From Deferribacterales bacterium (GTDB lineage Bacteria > Chrysiogenota > Deferribacteres > Deferribacterales > Geovibrionaceae), in contig JBFWLW010000014.1 of NCBI GenBank assembly GCA_050251945.1, positions 1-63,406 on the forward strand: DNA of 63,406 bases, read 5' to 3'. This document shows positions 52,151 through 61,922 of the stretch, piece by piece. The position numbers and the translations under genes are program-made. How positions within the stretch are numbered: the stretch's first letter is position 1; each line of letters begins with the position of its first letter. Below the pieces are notes generated by a model. That model was not told where the DNA came from, made no database searches, and saw only the letters and a list, made by a program, of their open reading frames with translations.

Positions 52151-53161
52151 GTGGAAAATCTCTTCGCAAAAGACTTTCTTACGCTTGGCAGACAGGCGGA
52201 TGATATAAGACAAAAGTTGTGGGGCAAAAAAAGCTTTTTTGTCCGCAACCTTCACCTTAACTATACTAATATCTGTGTGAGTAAATGCCGTTTCTGCGCA
52301 TTCGCAAAGGATATCGGGGACGACGGTTCATATCTTTATGAAATAGATCACATGGTTAAATATGTCGATGAAAAAGCTCCCGATGCCAGAGAGATACATA
52401 TCGTAGGCGGTTTACACCCTGACAAACCTTTCAAATTTTATACCGACGCGGTTTCCGCACTGAAAACTGCGTATCCCGAGAAGACCATCAAAGCGTTCAG
52501 CGCTGTTGAGATAGACTATTTTTCTAAAATATCAAATCTTTCTGTTACAGAGGTGCTTAAAGCACTCAAACAGTCCGGGCTTGAAATGATGCCCGGCGGC
52601 GGCGCCGAGATATTCGACCCTGAAGTCAGAAACATTATCTGTCCGGAGAAGATACCCGCAGAAAGATGGCTGGAGATACACAGGACAGCTCACGGACTGG
52701 GTATATTGACCAATGCCACCATGCTTTACGGGCATATTGAGAAAGATGAACATAAGATTCGCCATCTTGAGACTCTGCGTGCGTTACAGGATGAAACAGG
52801 CGGTATTCAGGCTTTTATCCCGCTCTCTTTCCACCCTGCCCACACCTTTCTTAGCCATATTCCGGCGTCTACTGGTGTTGAAGACCTTAAGACCATAGCC
52901 GTTTCCAGAATAATTCTGGATAACGTACCCCATATAAAAGCTTACTGGGTGATGCTCGGCGAGAAGACCGCTCAGGTTGCTCTGCGTTTTGGCGCGGATG
53001 ATCTTGACGGAACGATCGTTAAGGAGAATATAACCCACGCCGCCGGAGCCATGAGCAGCGAAGGGCTGACAGTGAACCAGATGGCGGATTTTGCGCGTTC
53101 CGCGGGACTGACCGCAGTTGAGCGCGATGCGTTCTATAACGAAATAGAGGTATACGGCTGA
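52151..53161 (+). CDS. mqnE: Aminofutalosine synthase (radical SAM, futalosine menaquinone pathway)
   Basis: CVSKCRFC, IHIVGGLHP, KAFSAVEI, HIKAYWVM, FGADDLDGT. Confidence 0.85.
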   Translation: MENLFAKDFLTLGRQADDIRQKLWGKKSFFVRNLHLNYTNICVSKCRFCAFAKDIGDDGSYLYEIDHMVKYVDEKAPDAREIHIVGGLHPDKPFKFYTDAVSALKTAYPEKTIKAFSAVEIDYFSKISNLSVTEVLKALKQSGLEMMPGGGAEIFDPEVRNIICPEKIPAERWLEIHRTAHGLGILTNATMLYGHIEKDEHKIRHLETLRALQDETGGIQAFIPLSFHPAHTFLSHIPASTGVEDLKTIAVSRIILDNVPHIKAYWVMLGEKTAQVALRFGADDLDGTIVKENITHAAGAMSSEGLTVNQMADFARSAGLTAVERDAFYNEIEVYG

Positions 53162-53164
53162 TAT

Positions 53165-53980
53165 ATGGCTGATTACATATTCTTAAACCCGTCACCTAAC
53201 CTGTTGAAAGTAGCGGAGAATGTCCGCAACAGAGGCTTTGATGTCAAGCTGGTGAAGAACGAGCAGTTTCCCGATATCACTGCGGAGAACGTTCATGTGT
53301 TCTTCGACGGCGGCTATCGCACGTTCTATCAGAACGAACCGGGACTTGGCAACTCAAAGCGCTTTATGAAACTTAAAAAATCATTTCTGCCCGGTTTCAG
53401 CGTTCGCGGAGTGTCCGGCGAACTGCGTGGAATTTCCAAAGGGCTTGGCTGCGGCGATATAATCGACCTTTCACTGTTCAGACGTCAGGCGCTTGAAGAT
53501 AACAACATTGTCACGTCGCCTGTGTCCAGCGCTTCCAGCTTTTCCGCCATTGCAGAGGACAACGGCAACGCCGTTATTGTTACAGGCTATCTTGAGTTTG
53601 TGGCGGGAAGCGAAAAACTTTCATTGTATGACACCGATTTTGATATAAACGATGCCCTTGGCAACGACTATATAATTTTCATGTGCGACGGTCGCAGGAT
53701 TGAAATGTGCCGCTCAGGCAACAGGCTTGTGATAATCGGCAGTAAAAGTTCCGATAACCTCGCATTTTTAAGCTCTAAACTGCATTTTCTGAACAAATTC
53801 AGCTTTAAAAGGGTCAAAGAGCTGGTAATCTCACGCAACAGAATGCCGTGGGTGATGAACAGTCTGGACAAAAAGCTGATATTGCTTAACGACTTCAGTT
53901 ATTTTAACATTTCCGTTAAGCTGACCTCCGAATGGTTTGATAAGGTAGGTAAACAGATATGCGCAGACAGGCAGCGGTAG
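53165..53980 (+). CDS. Hypothetical protein
   Basis: 271-aa ORF tightly packed between mqnE and the MEMO1 gene; no recognised motif. Confidence 0.7.
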   Translation: MADYIFLNPSPNLLKVAENVRNRGFDVKLVKNEQFPDITAENVHVFFDGGYRTFYQNEPGLGNSKRFMKLKKSFLPGFSVRGVSGELRGISKGLGCGDIIDLSLFRRQALEDNNIVTSPVSSASSFSAIAEDNGNAVIVTGYLEFVAGSEKLSLYDTDFDINDALGNDYIIFMCDGRRIEMCRSGNRLVIIGSKSSDNLAFLSSKLHFLNKFSFKRVKELVISRNRMPWVMNSLDKKLILLNDFSYFNISVKLTSEWFDKVGKQICADRQR

Positions 53981-54768
53981 CGGGATATTTCTATCCGGCT
54001 GATAAAGACGGGCTTACAGAATTTTTCAAAGAAAACACTTTCACACTTCCTAAAAAAAATGCGCTGATGGTTATTGTGCCGCATGCCGGCTATGTCTATT
54101 CCGGAGCGACCGCTTTTAAGACTTTGTCATCGGTCAATATTCCGGAGCATGTCGTTATTATGGGACCGAACCACTCCGGTGCGGGTGCCGTTCTTTCGGT
54201 TTATCCGGAAGGCGAATGGGAAACCCCTTTCGGCGATGCAATAATTGACGAGGGTATTGTGAACACCCTTTGTTTATCAGGTATCTTTGAAAGGGACACA
54301 CAGGCTCATCGCAGGGAACATTCTGTGGAAGTTATCGTACCTATGCTCAAGTTTTTGCGTCCTGATGTAAAAATTACATGCATAACAGTAAAAAATATGC
54401 ATAAAAACACTTTAAAATCTGCTGCGGAAGTATTATTTTCATCTGTTAGAGACAAAAATGCGCTGATCGTGGTGAGTTCTGATATGAATCACTTTGAAAA
54501 TGCGCAGATAACAGAGCAAAAAGACTCGATTGCAATTGATGCTCTGTTGAAATCCGATGAAAATATGCTGTATAATAGCGTGTTTACGAACAGTATATCA
54601 ATGTGCGGCATCTTCCCAGCTTACATTGGTTTGCACTATTGCGGACTTTGCGGCGCACATAAAGCAGAACTGGTCGAACACACACACAGCGGCATCGTTT
54701 CCGGCGACTTTAACAGTGTTGTTGGTTATGCCGGATTAATATATTCAAAGGTGATTCATGAGAGTTAG
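53959..54768 (+). CDS. amrB: MEMO1-family protein (AmmeMemoRadiSam protein B)
   Basis: AVAGYFYP, PHAGYVYSG, EHSVEV, SSDMNH, VVGYA. Confidence 0.9.
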   Translation: MRRQAAVAGYFYPADKDGLTEFFKENTFTLPKKNALMVIVPHAGYVYSGATAFKTLSSVNIPEHVVIMGPNHSGAGAVLSVYPEGEWETPFGDAIIDEGIVNTLCLSGIFERDTQAHRREHSVEVIVPMLKFLRPDVKITCITVKNMHKNTLKSAAEVLFSSVRDKNALIVVSSDMNHFENAQITEQKDSIAIDALLKSDENMLYNSVFTNSISMCGIFPAYIGLHYCGLCGAHKAELVEHTHSGIVSGDFNSVVGYAGLIYSKVIHES

Positions 54769-55621
54769 AACAGCAGTATTTCCTGTTGCGGGGCTTGGAA
54801 CAAGGCTTTTGCCTGCGACAAAATCCATCCCGAAAGAGATGGTTACGCTTATCGACAAACCGCTGATACAATATGCAGTTGAAGAGGTTATCGCGGCAGG
54901 CATAGAGCGGGTCATCTTCGTTTCCGCCAGAAGCAAACGCGCTCTGGAGGACTATTTCGATAATACGCCGGAGCTTGAATATCAGCTTGAATCTAACGGA
55001 AAGGTGAAGGCTCTGGAGGAGATGCGCAGAATATCCGAAATGTGCGACATCACATACGTCCGCCAGAAAAACCCTAACGGGCTTGGGCATGCAGTTCTCT
55101 GCGCAAAGGATGCTGTCGGCAATGAACCGTTCGCTGTGATACTGCCCGACGATATAATAATGAGCAAAGTGCCTGTTACTGCGCAGCTTGTAGAACAGTT
55201 CAACCGGACAAGGAAATCCGTTATCTCTCTTATGGAGGTACCGGACGAGGATACTTCTAAATACGGAATTGTCGTTCCCGGGGAAAGAGTTGACGACAGG
55301 ATGATGAGACTTGAGGGAATGGTGGAGAAACCGAAGAAGAATCCGCCGTCAAACCTTGCGATAATCGGAAGGTATATACTGACCAGCGAGGTTATGGACG
55401 CTCTTCAAACCATACCAAGAGGTGCCGACGGCGAGATACAGCTTACGGACGCCCTTCTCGAAGTGGCAAAATCTAGCAGAGTATACGGCTATAGTTTTGA
55501 AGGAAAAAGATTTGACTGCGGTAATAAGTTCGGGCTGTTCGAGGCAGCTGTGAACTTTGCGCTGGACAGGGAAGATATGCGCGAACACGCAATAAAAATT
55601 ATAAAAGGTATGCAAATCTGA
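54758..55621 (+). CDS. galU: UTP-glucose-1-phosphate uridylyltransferase
   Basis: AGLGTRLLPATK, GLGHAV, VEKP, GEIQLTDA, FDCG. Confidence 0.96.
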   Translation: MRVRTAVFPVAGLGTRLLPATKSIPKEMVTLIDKPLIQYAVEEVIAAGIERVIFVSARSKRALEDYFDNTPELEYQLESNGKVKALEEMRRISEMCDITYVRQKNPNGLGHAVLCAKDAVGNEPFAVILPDDIIMSKVPVTAQLVEQFNRTRKSVISLMEVPDEDTSKYGIVVPGERVDDRMMRLEGMVEKPKKNPPSNLAIIGRYILTSEVMDALQTIPRGADGEIQLTDALLEVAKSSRVYGYSFEGKRFDCGNKFGLFEAAVNFALDREDMREHAIKIIKGMQI

Positions 55622-55632
55622 CACCGTGAGAG

Positions 55633-56049
55633 GTGGGTCAAATGCAGGACAGAATTGAGAAAATTAAATTCATCCACGGATTATTCAAAAAAGAACTGGA
55701 TGAGCTTTTAAGGTTTGCAAACTCTGCCAAAGCAAGTCTGACAGAGACGCAGGGTCCCCCTATGGACATTGTTATAAGTGATAAGGATGTCAGTATTTAT
55801 GTCGAACTGCCGGGGATTTCCTCTGAGGATTTCACCGTTTACCAGTTGGACGATCTTGTTGTTGTGGAAGGCATGAGACCGAAAGAGAGTATGGAACAGG
55901 TACGATATATACGTGTTGAGCGGGAAACGGTATGGTTTCGCAGGGTGGTTCGTTTGCCTTTCTGCGTTAACGATTCCGATACCACCGCAAAACTGAAAGA
56001 CGGAGTGCTTACAGTCAGAATATCCAGATGCGCTTGCGAACTTGAGTGA
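55633..56049 (+). CDS. Hsp20/alpha-crystallin family protein
   Basis: PPMDI, VELPG, FRRVVRLP, AKLKDGVL; directly upstream of lon. Confidence 0.85.
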   Translation: MGQMQDRIEKIKFIHGLFKKELDELLRFANSAKASLTETQGPPMDIVISDKDVSIYVELPGISSEDFTVYQLDDLVVVEGMRPKESMEQVRYIRVERETVWFRRVVRLPFCVNDSDTTAKLKDGVLTVRISRCACELE

Positions 56050-56065
56050 TTGAGAGGAGATAAAC

Positions 56066-58402
56066 ATGGAACAATTCGAGCAGGAAATAAACATACCCGA
56101 TGAGCTTCCGCTCCTTCCCGTAAGGGACATTGTGGTTTTCCCATACATGGTTCTGCCGCTTTATGTCGGCAGGGAACAGAGCATCGCCGCCGTTAACGAG
56201 GCGCTGAACGAGGACAGGCTGATATTTCTTGCCTGCCAGAAAGATGCATCTGTAGAAGACCCAGAAAAAGACGAGATATACAAGGTCGGCACAGTTGCCG
56301 TCATTCTGCGTATGCTCAAGATGCCGGACAGCAGAGTTAAACTGCTGATTCAGGGTATCAAACGCGCGAAGATAACAGAATATGTTGAGAGCGATCAGGG
56401 TATGCGCGTTAAGATAGAGCAGATAAACGATTCCGCCAAACAGGAGAACATCGACGAGCAGGCGCTCCTTCGCCACTCAAAAGAGCTTCTCAGCAAAGCG
56501 GTTTCACTTGGCAAACCCATGCTTCCGGATCTGCTTGCGGTAATCGACAGTATCGACGAACCGGGTAAACTGGCGGATATAATCGTGTCCAACCTCGGAC
56601 TTAAGATGGACGAAGGGCAGGAGGTTCTTGAGATAGAAAATCCTGTGGACAGGCTGAAAAAAGTAGGCGAACTGCTCAACCGTGAGATATCCATTCTGGA
56701 AGTTCAGCAGAAGATAATGAACGATGCCAGAGGTGAGATAGACAAGAGCCAGAAAGAGTATTTCCTCCGCGAACAGCTCAAAGCCATCAAAAAAGAGCTG
56801 GGAGAAGAGGACGACTTTCAGGTCGAAATGGATGAGTACGCCAAAAAGATAAAGAAATGCAAAATGCCGAAAAAGGTGAACGATGAGGCGGTGAAACAGC
56901 TCGACAGGCTGTCGAAGATGCACCCCGATTCTGCCGAGGCAACAGTTGCAAGAACATATCTCGACTGGATGGTGGAGGTGCCTTGGAGCAAAGCCACCAA
57001 AGATATGATAGATATTAAGAACGCAAAGAAGATATTGGATGAGGATCACTTCGGTCTGGAAGAGGTGAAGGACAGAATTCTGGACTTCCTCGCTCTGCGC
57101 AAGCTGAAAAACGACCTGAAAAGCCCGATCCTCTGCCTTGCGGGACCTCCCGGAGTGGGCAAGACCTCGCTGGGCATGTCCGTTGCGAAAGCCATGGGAA
57201 GAAAATACGTCCGCATGTCCCTCGGCGGCGTTAGGGACGAAGCGGAAATACGCGGTCACAGGAGAACGTATATCGGTGCGCTCCCGGGCAAGATAATTCA
57301 GGGGATGAAGACAGCGGGAACTAACAACCCTGTCTTTATGCTGGATGAAATTGATAAGCTCGGCTCCGACTTCCGGGGCGACCCGTCGTCCGCTCTGCTT
57401 GAGGTGCTTGACCCCGTGCAGAACGTGTCCTTTACTGATCACTACATGGGCGTGCCTTTCGACCTGTCGAAAGTGCTGTTCATCACCACTGCGAACTACC
57501 TCGACCCGATACCTCCGGCGCTTAAGGACAGGATGGAGATAATCAACATCCCCGGATATACGGAAGAGGAAAAGATAAAGATAGCCGAAAAATATCTGAT
57601 ACCCAGACAGAAAAAAGAGAACGGCATAGACGACCACGAAGTGACGTTCACCAAAAAAGCTCTGTCTGAACTTATCTCCGGCTATACAATGGAGAGCGGA
57701 CTGCGTAACCTTGAGCGGACTATCGGTACTGTGTTCAGAAAAATAGGGCGCAAGATAGCGGAGGGCGATAAAGCGGCATCGTTTGTCGTTACCGACAAAT
57801 CACTTGAAAAATATCTCGGTCCTATAAAATTCCTCGGCGAAGACGCTCTGAAAGAGAATGAGGTCGGTGTTGTAACGGGACTTGCGTGGACACCGGTCGG
57901 CGGGGAAGTGCTTTTTGTCGAATGTACTAAGTTCAAGGGAAAGGGCGTGCTGAACGTTACAGGACAGCTCGGCGACGTTATGAAAGAATCTTCAAGAGCC
58001 GCAATGACGTATGTCCGTACCATCGGTGAAAAATACGGCATAACCAACGAGGACTTTGAAAGTTTAGACATACACGTTCACGTTCCTGCCGGAGCGATAC
58101 CGAAAGACGGCCCCAGCGCTGGTATAACAATGGCGACTGCTATTCTGTCTTGTCTGACAGGAAAAAAAGTGGAAAAGAGCCTTGCTATGACAGGCGAGAT
58201 AACCATCACAGGGAAAGTCCTGCCCATCGGCGGACTTAAAGAAAAACTGCTGGCGGCAAAACGCCACGGCATTAAAAAGGTACTGGTTCCCGCGAAGAAC
58301 GAAAAAGATCTCCGCGGTCTTCCGAAATATGTAACTAAAGCTCTTGAGATAGTTTACGTCAGCACGTTTGACGAAGTTGTCCCGCACGCGCTTATTGATT
58401 AA
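56066..58402 (+). CDS. lon: ATP-dependent protease La
   Basis: GPPGVGKT, RGHRRTYIG, PKDGPSAG, GGLKEK. Confidence 0.97.
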   Translation: MEQFEQEINIPDELPLLPVRDIVVFPYMVLPLYVGREQSIAAVNEALNEDRLIFLACQKDASVEDPEKDEIYKVGTVAVILRMLKMPDSRVKLLIQGIKRAKITEYVESDQGMRVKIEQINDSAKQENIDEQALLRHSKELLSKAVSLGKPMLPDLLAVIDSIDEPGKLADIIVSNLGLKMDEGQEVLEIENPVDRLKKVGELLNREISILEVQQKIMNDARGEIDKSQKEYFLREQLKAIKKELGEEDDFQVEMDEYAKKIKKCKMPKKVNDEAVKQLDRLSKMHPDSAEATVARTYLDWMVEVPWSKATKDMIDIKNAKKILDEDHFGLEEVKDRILDFLALRKLKNDLKSPILCLAGPPGVGKTSLGMSVAKAMGRKYVRMSLGGVRDEAEIRGHRRTYIGALPGKIIQGMKTAGTNNPVFMLDEIDKLGSDFRGDPSSALLEVLDPVQNVSFTDHYMGVPFDLSKVLFITTANYLDPIPPALKDRMEIINIPGYTEEEKIKIAEKYLIPRQKKENGIDDHEVTFTKKALSELISGYTMESGLRNLERTIGTVFRKIGRKIAEGDKAASFVVTDKSLEKYLGPIKFLGEDALKENEVGVVTGLAWTPVGGEVLFVECTKFKGKGVLNVTGQLGDVMKESSRAAMTYVRTIGEKYGITNEDFESLDIHVHVPAGAIPKDGPSAGITMATAILSCLTGKKVEKSLAMTGEITITGKVLPIGGLKEKLLAAKRHGIKKVLVPAKNEKDLRGLPKYVTKALEIVYVSTFDEVVPHALID

Positions 58403-58417
58403 ATATTCAAATATTCA

Positions 58418-58448
58418 AAAAGCCCTCTTGTTTTTCAGGAGGGCTTTT
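58418..58448 (+). terminator. Intrinsic terminator after lon
   Basis: AAAAGCCCTC...GAGGGCTTTT. Confidence 0.75.
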
Positions 58449-58451
58449 CTT

Positions 58452-58474
58452 ATATTGATGTTGAATATCAATAT
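58452..58474. promoter_or_regulatory. Candidate metalloregulator operator upstream of copA
   Basis: ATATTGATGTT-G-AATATCAATAT, 11-1-11 inverted repeat with one mismatch. Confidence 0.45.
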
Positions 58475-58491
58475 TTTTTGTCGGAGTTATT

Positions 58492-60675
58492 ATGTCCTCA
58501 AAACTTATAGAAAAAAGCTTTAACATAGGTGGAATGACCTGTGCGGCTTGTGTGCGCCGTGTTGAGAAAAAGCTCGGAAAGGTTGAAGGAGTCAATTCAG
58601 TTGCTGTCAATCTTGCGACTAATTCTGCCGCAGTCGAATACGATCCGTCGGTTGTTGATATAGACGATATAGCGCAGGAGATAGAGCGTATCGGTTATGT
58701 TTACAAAGGCGTGGACAAGGACATTACTGACGACGAGACGGAAACATATTATGCAAAATCTCTGAAACTTTCGGCTCCAGTGGCATTTATAGTCTTTCTG
58801 TTTTCAATGGTCATTATGCCGCCCCACGAATATATGGGTATTACGAACTGGGTGATGATGTTCCTTTCCCTTTATGTCATGTATTTCGGCGGGCGTTCAT
58901 TCTATAAGATAGCGTGGAAAAACCTTAAAAACCGTACATCGGACATGAACACTCTGCTGGCTCTGGGTACGCTGTCAGCGTTCTCATATTCGGCTGCGGT
59001 GACAATATATCCTAAATTCTTTGAGCAGCAAGGCGCGGCACATGTTTACTATGACGCGTCAGTGGTTATCATCACGTTCATACTGCTTGGAAAACTCCTT
59101 GAAACCAGAGCCAAAAAGAAAGCGGCAGGCGCCATTGAGGCACTCCTTAACCTTGCGCCTAAGACCGCTACGATAATTGAGAACGACGGCGAACGCGAAG
59201 TTGCCGCTTCAACGCTTAAAATAGACGACGTTATCCGCGTTAAACCGGGCGGTTCCATCGCTGTTGACGGCATTGTGGAACACGGTCAGGGCAGTGTGGA
59301 TGAGTCTATGCTTACGGGCGAATCCGTACCGGTTTCAAAACGGTTGAACGACAGCCTTTTCGCCGGAACAATACTGACATCAGGAACTCTTCTTTATAAA
59401 GCGACCTCCGTCGGTACGGACACCGTACTTGCGGGAATCATAAAGGCGGTTAAAGGTGCAACAGCGTCCAAACCGCGCGTGCAGAGAATGGCGGATCAGG
59501 TTTCCGCAGTGTTTGTCCCGACAGTTCTTGTAATCGCGGCTATAACGTTTCTGGTATGGATAACCATGGGACCAAGCCCTGTGCTGACCAACAGTCTGCT
59601 GGCTTTCGTCTCCGTGCTTATAGTTGCGTGTCCCTGTGCGATGGGACTTGCAACCCCGACGGCTGTTATGGTTGCCACGGGGCGGGGCGCATCCGAGGGA
59701 ATACTTGTCAAGAACGGAGAAACCCTTGAAAAGGCGTGCAAGGTCAACAGAGTGATATTTGATAAAACAGGCACACTGACAACCGGAAAACTGAGGGTCG
59801 AAGACGTGCATACGGCTGTAGGATATACAGAAAACAAACTTCTTTCTTATGCCGCATCTCTGGAAACGCTGTCTGAGCATCCTCTGGCAAAGGCGGTTGT
59901 TACTTTTGCCAACGAGAAAGGCGCTGTGATTCATGGAGTTGAAAGCTTTATAAACATAGACGGCGAGGGCGTGAAAGGGAAAATCGAAGACAGAGAAGTT
60001 CTTGTAGGTAAACTGGATTTTCTTAAAAGCAACGGTGTTGAAGCTCCTCAGTCTGATTTTTCCGGTTCGCATGTGTACGTTGCTGTGGATGGAGTTTACG
60101 TCGGTTTGTTCGGTGTGGCGGACACCGTTAAAGAAGATGCGGTCGATACGGTGGCGAAACTTAAAAAAATGAACATAGTTCCTGTAATAATTTCCGGAGA
60201 CAATGCAAAATCTGTTAAGAGCGTTGCAGAAAAACTTGATATATATGAGTATTTCAGCGGTGTAAGTCCCAAGGGCAAGCTTGAAAAACTCCATGAATAC
60301 AGAAACAACGGCGACGTGGTTGCCATGGTCGGCGACGGTATCAACGATGCGGCTGCTCTGGCAGCGAGCGACGTAGGTTTCGCCATGAGCGGCGGAACAG
60401 AGGTTGCCATGCAGTCGGGAGATATAACCATCATCGGCGACAAAACCGACAGAATTGTTAAAGCTATCAAACTGTCAGGTTACACGCTGGCGATAATAAG
60501 AGAGAACCTGTTCTGGGCATTTTTCTATAATATAGTGCTTATACCCCTTGCGGCAGGCGTTTTTTACCCTGCTTTCGGCATACGTCTGATGCCTATGTAT
60601 GCGGGCGTAGCTATGGCGTTCTCTTCAGTAAGTGTTGTAAGTAACTCTCTGAGGCTTAAAATTAAGAAGCTTTGA
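58492..60675 (+). CDS. copA: Cu(I)-exporting P1B ATPase
   Basis: GMTCAAC HMA domain, TGES, CPC, DKTGT, SEHP, YN and MAFSS. Confidence 0.92.
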   Translation: MSSKLIEKSFNIGGMTCAACVRRVEKKLGKVEGVNSVAVNLATNSAAVEYDPSVVDIDDIAQEIERIGYVYKGVDKDITDDETETYYAKSLKLSAPVAFIVFLFSMVIMPPHEYMGITNWVMMFLSLYVMYFGGRSFYKIAWKNLKNRTSDMNTLLALGTLSAFSYSAAVTIYPKFFEQQGAAHVYYDASVVIITFILLGKLLETRAKKKAAGAIEALLNLAPKTATIIENDGEREVAASTLKIDDVIRVKPGGSIAVDGIVEHGQGSVDESMLTGESVPVSKRLNDSLFAGTILTSGTLLYKATSVGTDTVLAGIIKAVKGATASKPRVQRMADQVSAVFVPTVLVIAAITFLVWITMGPSPVLTNSLLAFVSVLIVACPCAMGLATPTAVMVATGRGASEGILVKNGETLEKACKVNRVIFDKTGTLTTGKLRVEDVHTAVGYTENKLLSYAASLETLSEHPLAKAVVTFANEKGAVIHGVESFINIDGEGVKGKIEDREVLVGKLDFLKSNGVEAPQSDFSGSHVYVAVDGVYVGLFGVADTVKEDAVDTVAKLKKMNIVPVIISGDNAKSVKSVAEKLDIYEYFSGVSPKGKLEKLHEYRNNGDVVAMVGDGINDAAALAASDVGFAMSGGTEVAMQSGDITIIGDKTDRIVKAIKLSGYTLAIIRENLFWAFFYNIVLIPLAAGVFYPAFGIRLMPMYAGVAMAFSSVSVVSNSLRLKIKKL

Positions 60676-60919
60676 CACAGAAGCGCTTCATCCTCGCGCC
60701 GAGAATCTGACCGGCAACTGAGAACAGAAGGAAAAGCGGAATGTATGTCCACGGGGTATGCGTTGCTATGCGGATGACCGCTACGACCGGAATAGGTGCG
60801 TGAACGCAGGCGAACCATGCCAGAGAAAACTTTCTGGTATTGGCTCTTATCCAGCCGAAAGGTAAATTCAAAATAAATGCAATCACACATATTGCAATAA
60901 CGCCTTGAATTGATGTCAT
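60662..60919 (-). CDS. Small conserved membrane protein (85 aa)
   Basis: NLPFGWIR...KFSLAWFACVHAPIP, three hydrophobic segments; start 60919 chosen to avoid overlapping crcB. Confidence 0.7.
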   Translation of the reverse strand: MTSIQGVIAICVIAFILNLPFGWIRANTRKFSLAWFACVHAPIPVVAVIRIATHTPWTYIPLFLLFSVAGQILGARMKRFCVKAS

Positions 60920-60953
60920 AGTTTCTATATAAGACTGAAATGAGGTTTTGTAA

Positions 60954-61328
60954 ATGAAAATTTTGTTAATCGGTATAGGCGGATTTCTTGGAGCCATCGC
61001 AAGGTTTTATACTACAAAATGGACGAATAGCCTGATAACAGACAGGATTCCGTTTGGAACAGTGGTCGTTAACGTTATCGGTTCTTTCATTTTGGGTCTT
61101 GTTGTTGTGCTTTCAGTGGAAAAGCTTGTAGCGAGTGAGGATCTCAGACTGTTTATAGGTGTCGGCATGCTTGGCGCGTTCACAACCTTTTCAACTTTTT
61201 CTGTTGAAACGGTCTACCTGCTTGAAGATGGTGCAATAATTCCCGCTTTCGTGTATATCGCATGCAATCTTTTTCTTAGCCTTCTTGCGGCATACGGCGG
61301 TGTTTTGCTTGCCAGACAGTTGGTGTGA
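60954..61328 (+). CDS. crcB: Fluoride channel Fluc/CrcB
   Basis: GGFLGAIAR, GTVVVNVIG, GAFTTFSTF. Confidence 0.95.
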   Translation: MKILLIGIGGFLGAIARFYTTKWTNSLITDRIPFGTVVVNVIGSFILGLVVVLSVEKLVASEDLRLFIGVGMLGAFTTFSTFSVETVYLLEDGAIIPAFVYIACNLFLSLLAAYGGVLLARQLV

Positions 61329-61921
61329 TGGGATTTTTGAAGAGCGTCAAATGTCCGGTTTTCAATGCCGAGCGCATCAAAGAGGTACCCGAAAGGACTG
61401 ATTATACCATTCAGATCGGTGGCGAATGTGAGAAGACGGGCATATATAAATTGGATGAATTTCTGTCCAATTTTAAGATACGCACGGTCACCAGCAGACT
61501 GACCTCTGTTTCCAAATGGAGTGTCAGAGCGGACTGGCAGGGAATTCTGTGGCAGGATTTTTTAGATTGGGCGAAACCGACGGCTGACTATAAATATATG
61601 TATACAGAGAGCTGGGGCGGTTATAAAACATCTCTGGCGGCGGAACTCCTAATGAACCCGCGTGTTATAATATGCACAGGTGTGGCAGGAGAAGAGATTG
61701 AACACGAATATGGCGGTCCTTTGCGGATGGTCATTCCGAATCAATGGGGTTTCAAAAGCTGTAAATGGCTTAAAAAGATATATTTTACAGATGAGTATGT
61801 CAGAGGCTTCTGGGAGGCGAACGGTTACGGCGACGACGGAACCATTCTTCCATGTATGGTTGAGGACGTAAATACGGGAAAACATGTCCGCATCAAAGGC
61901 GGAGAAGTTACGGAGTTTTAA
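61325..61921 (+). CDS. Sulfite-oxidase-family molybdopterin-binding domain protein
   Basis: EHEYGGPLRMVIP, FKSCKWL, GFWEANGY. Confidence 0.82.
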   Translation: MMGFLKSVKCPVFNAERIKEVPERTDYTIQIGGECEKTGIYKLDEFLSNFKIRTVTSRLTSVSKWSVRADWQGILWQDFLDWAKPTADYKYMYTESWGGYKTSLAAELLMNPRVIICTGVAGEEIEHEYGGPLRMVIPNQWGFKSCKWLKKIYFTDEYVRGFWEANGYGDDGTILPCMVEDVNTGKHVRIKGGEVTEF

Positions 61922-61922
61922 T

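Noticed and set aside
56504..57637. 377-aa antisense ORF within lon (also 24975-25967, 50784-51722, 59380-60294)
   Set aside because: Antisense shadows of well-supported genes, explained by codon bias
60920..60953. Fluoride riboswitch upstream of crcB
   Set aside because: Only 34 bp of spacer and no GGCGATGG-type motif
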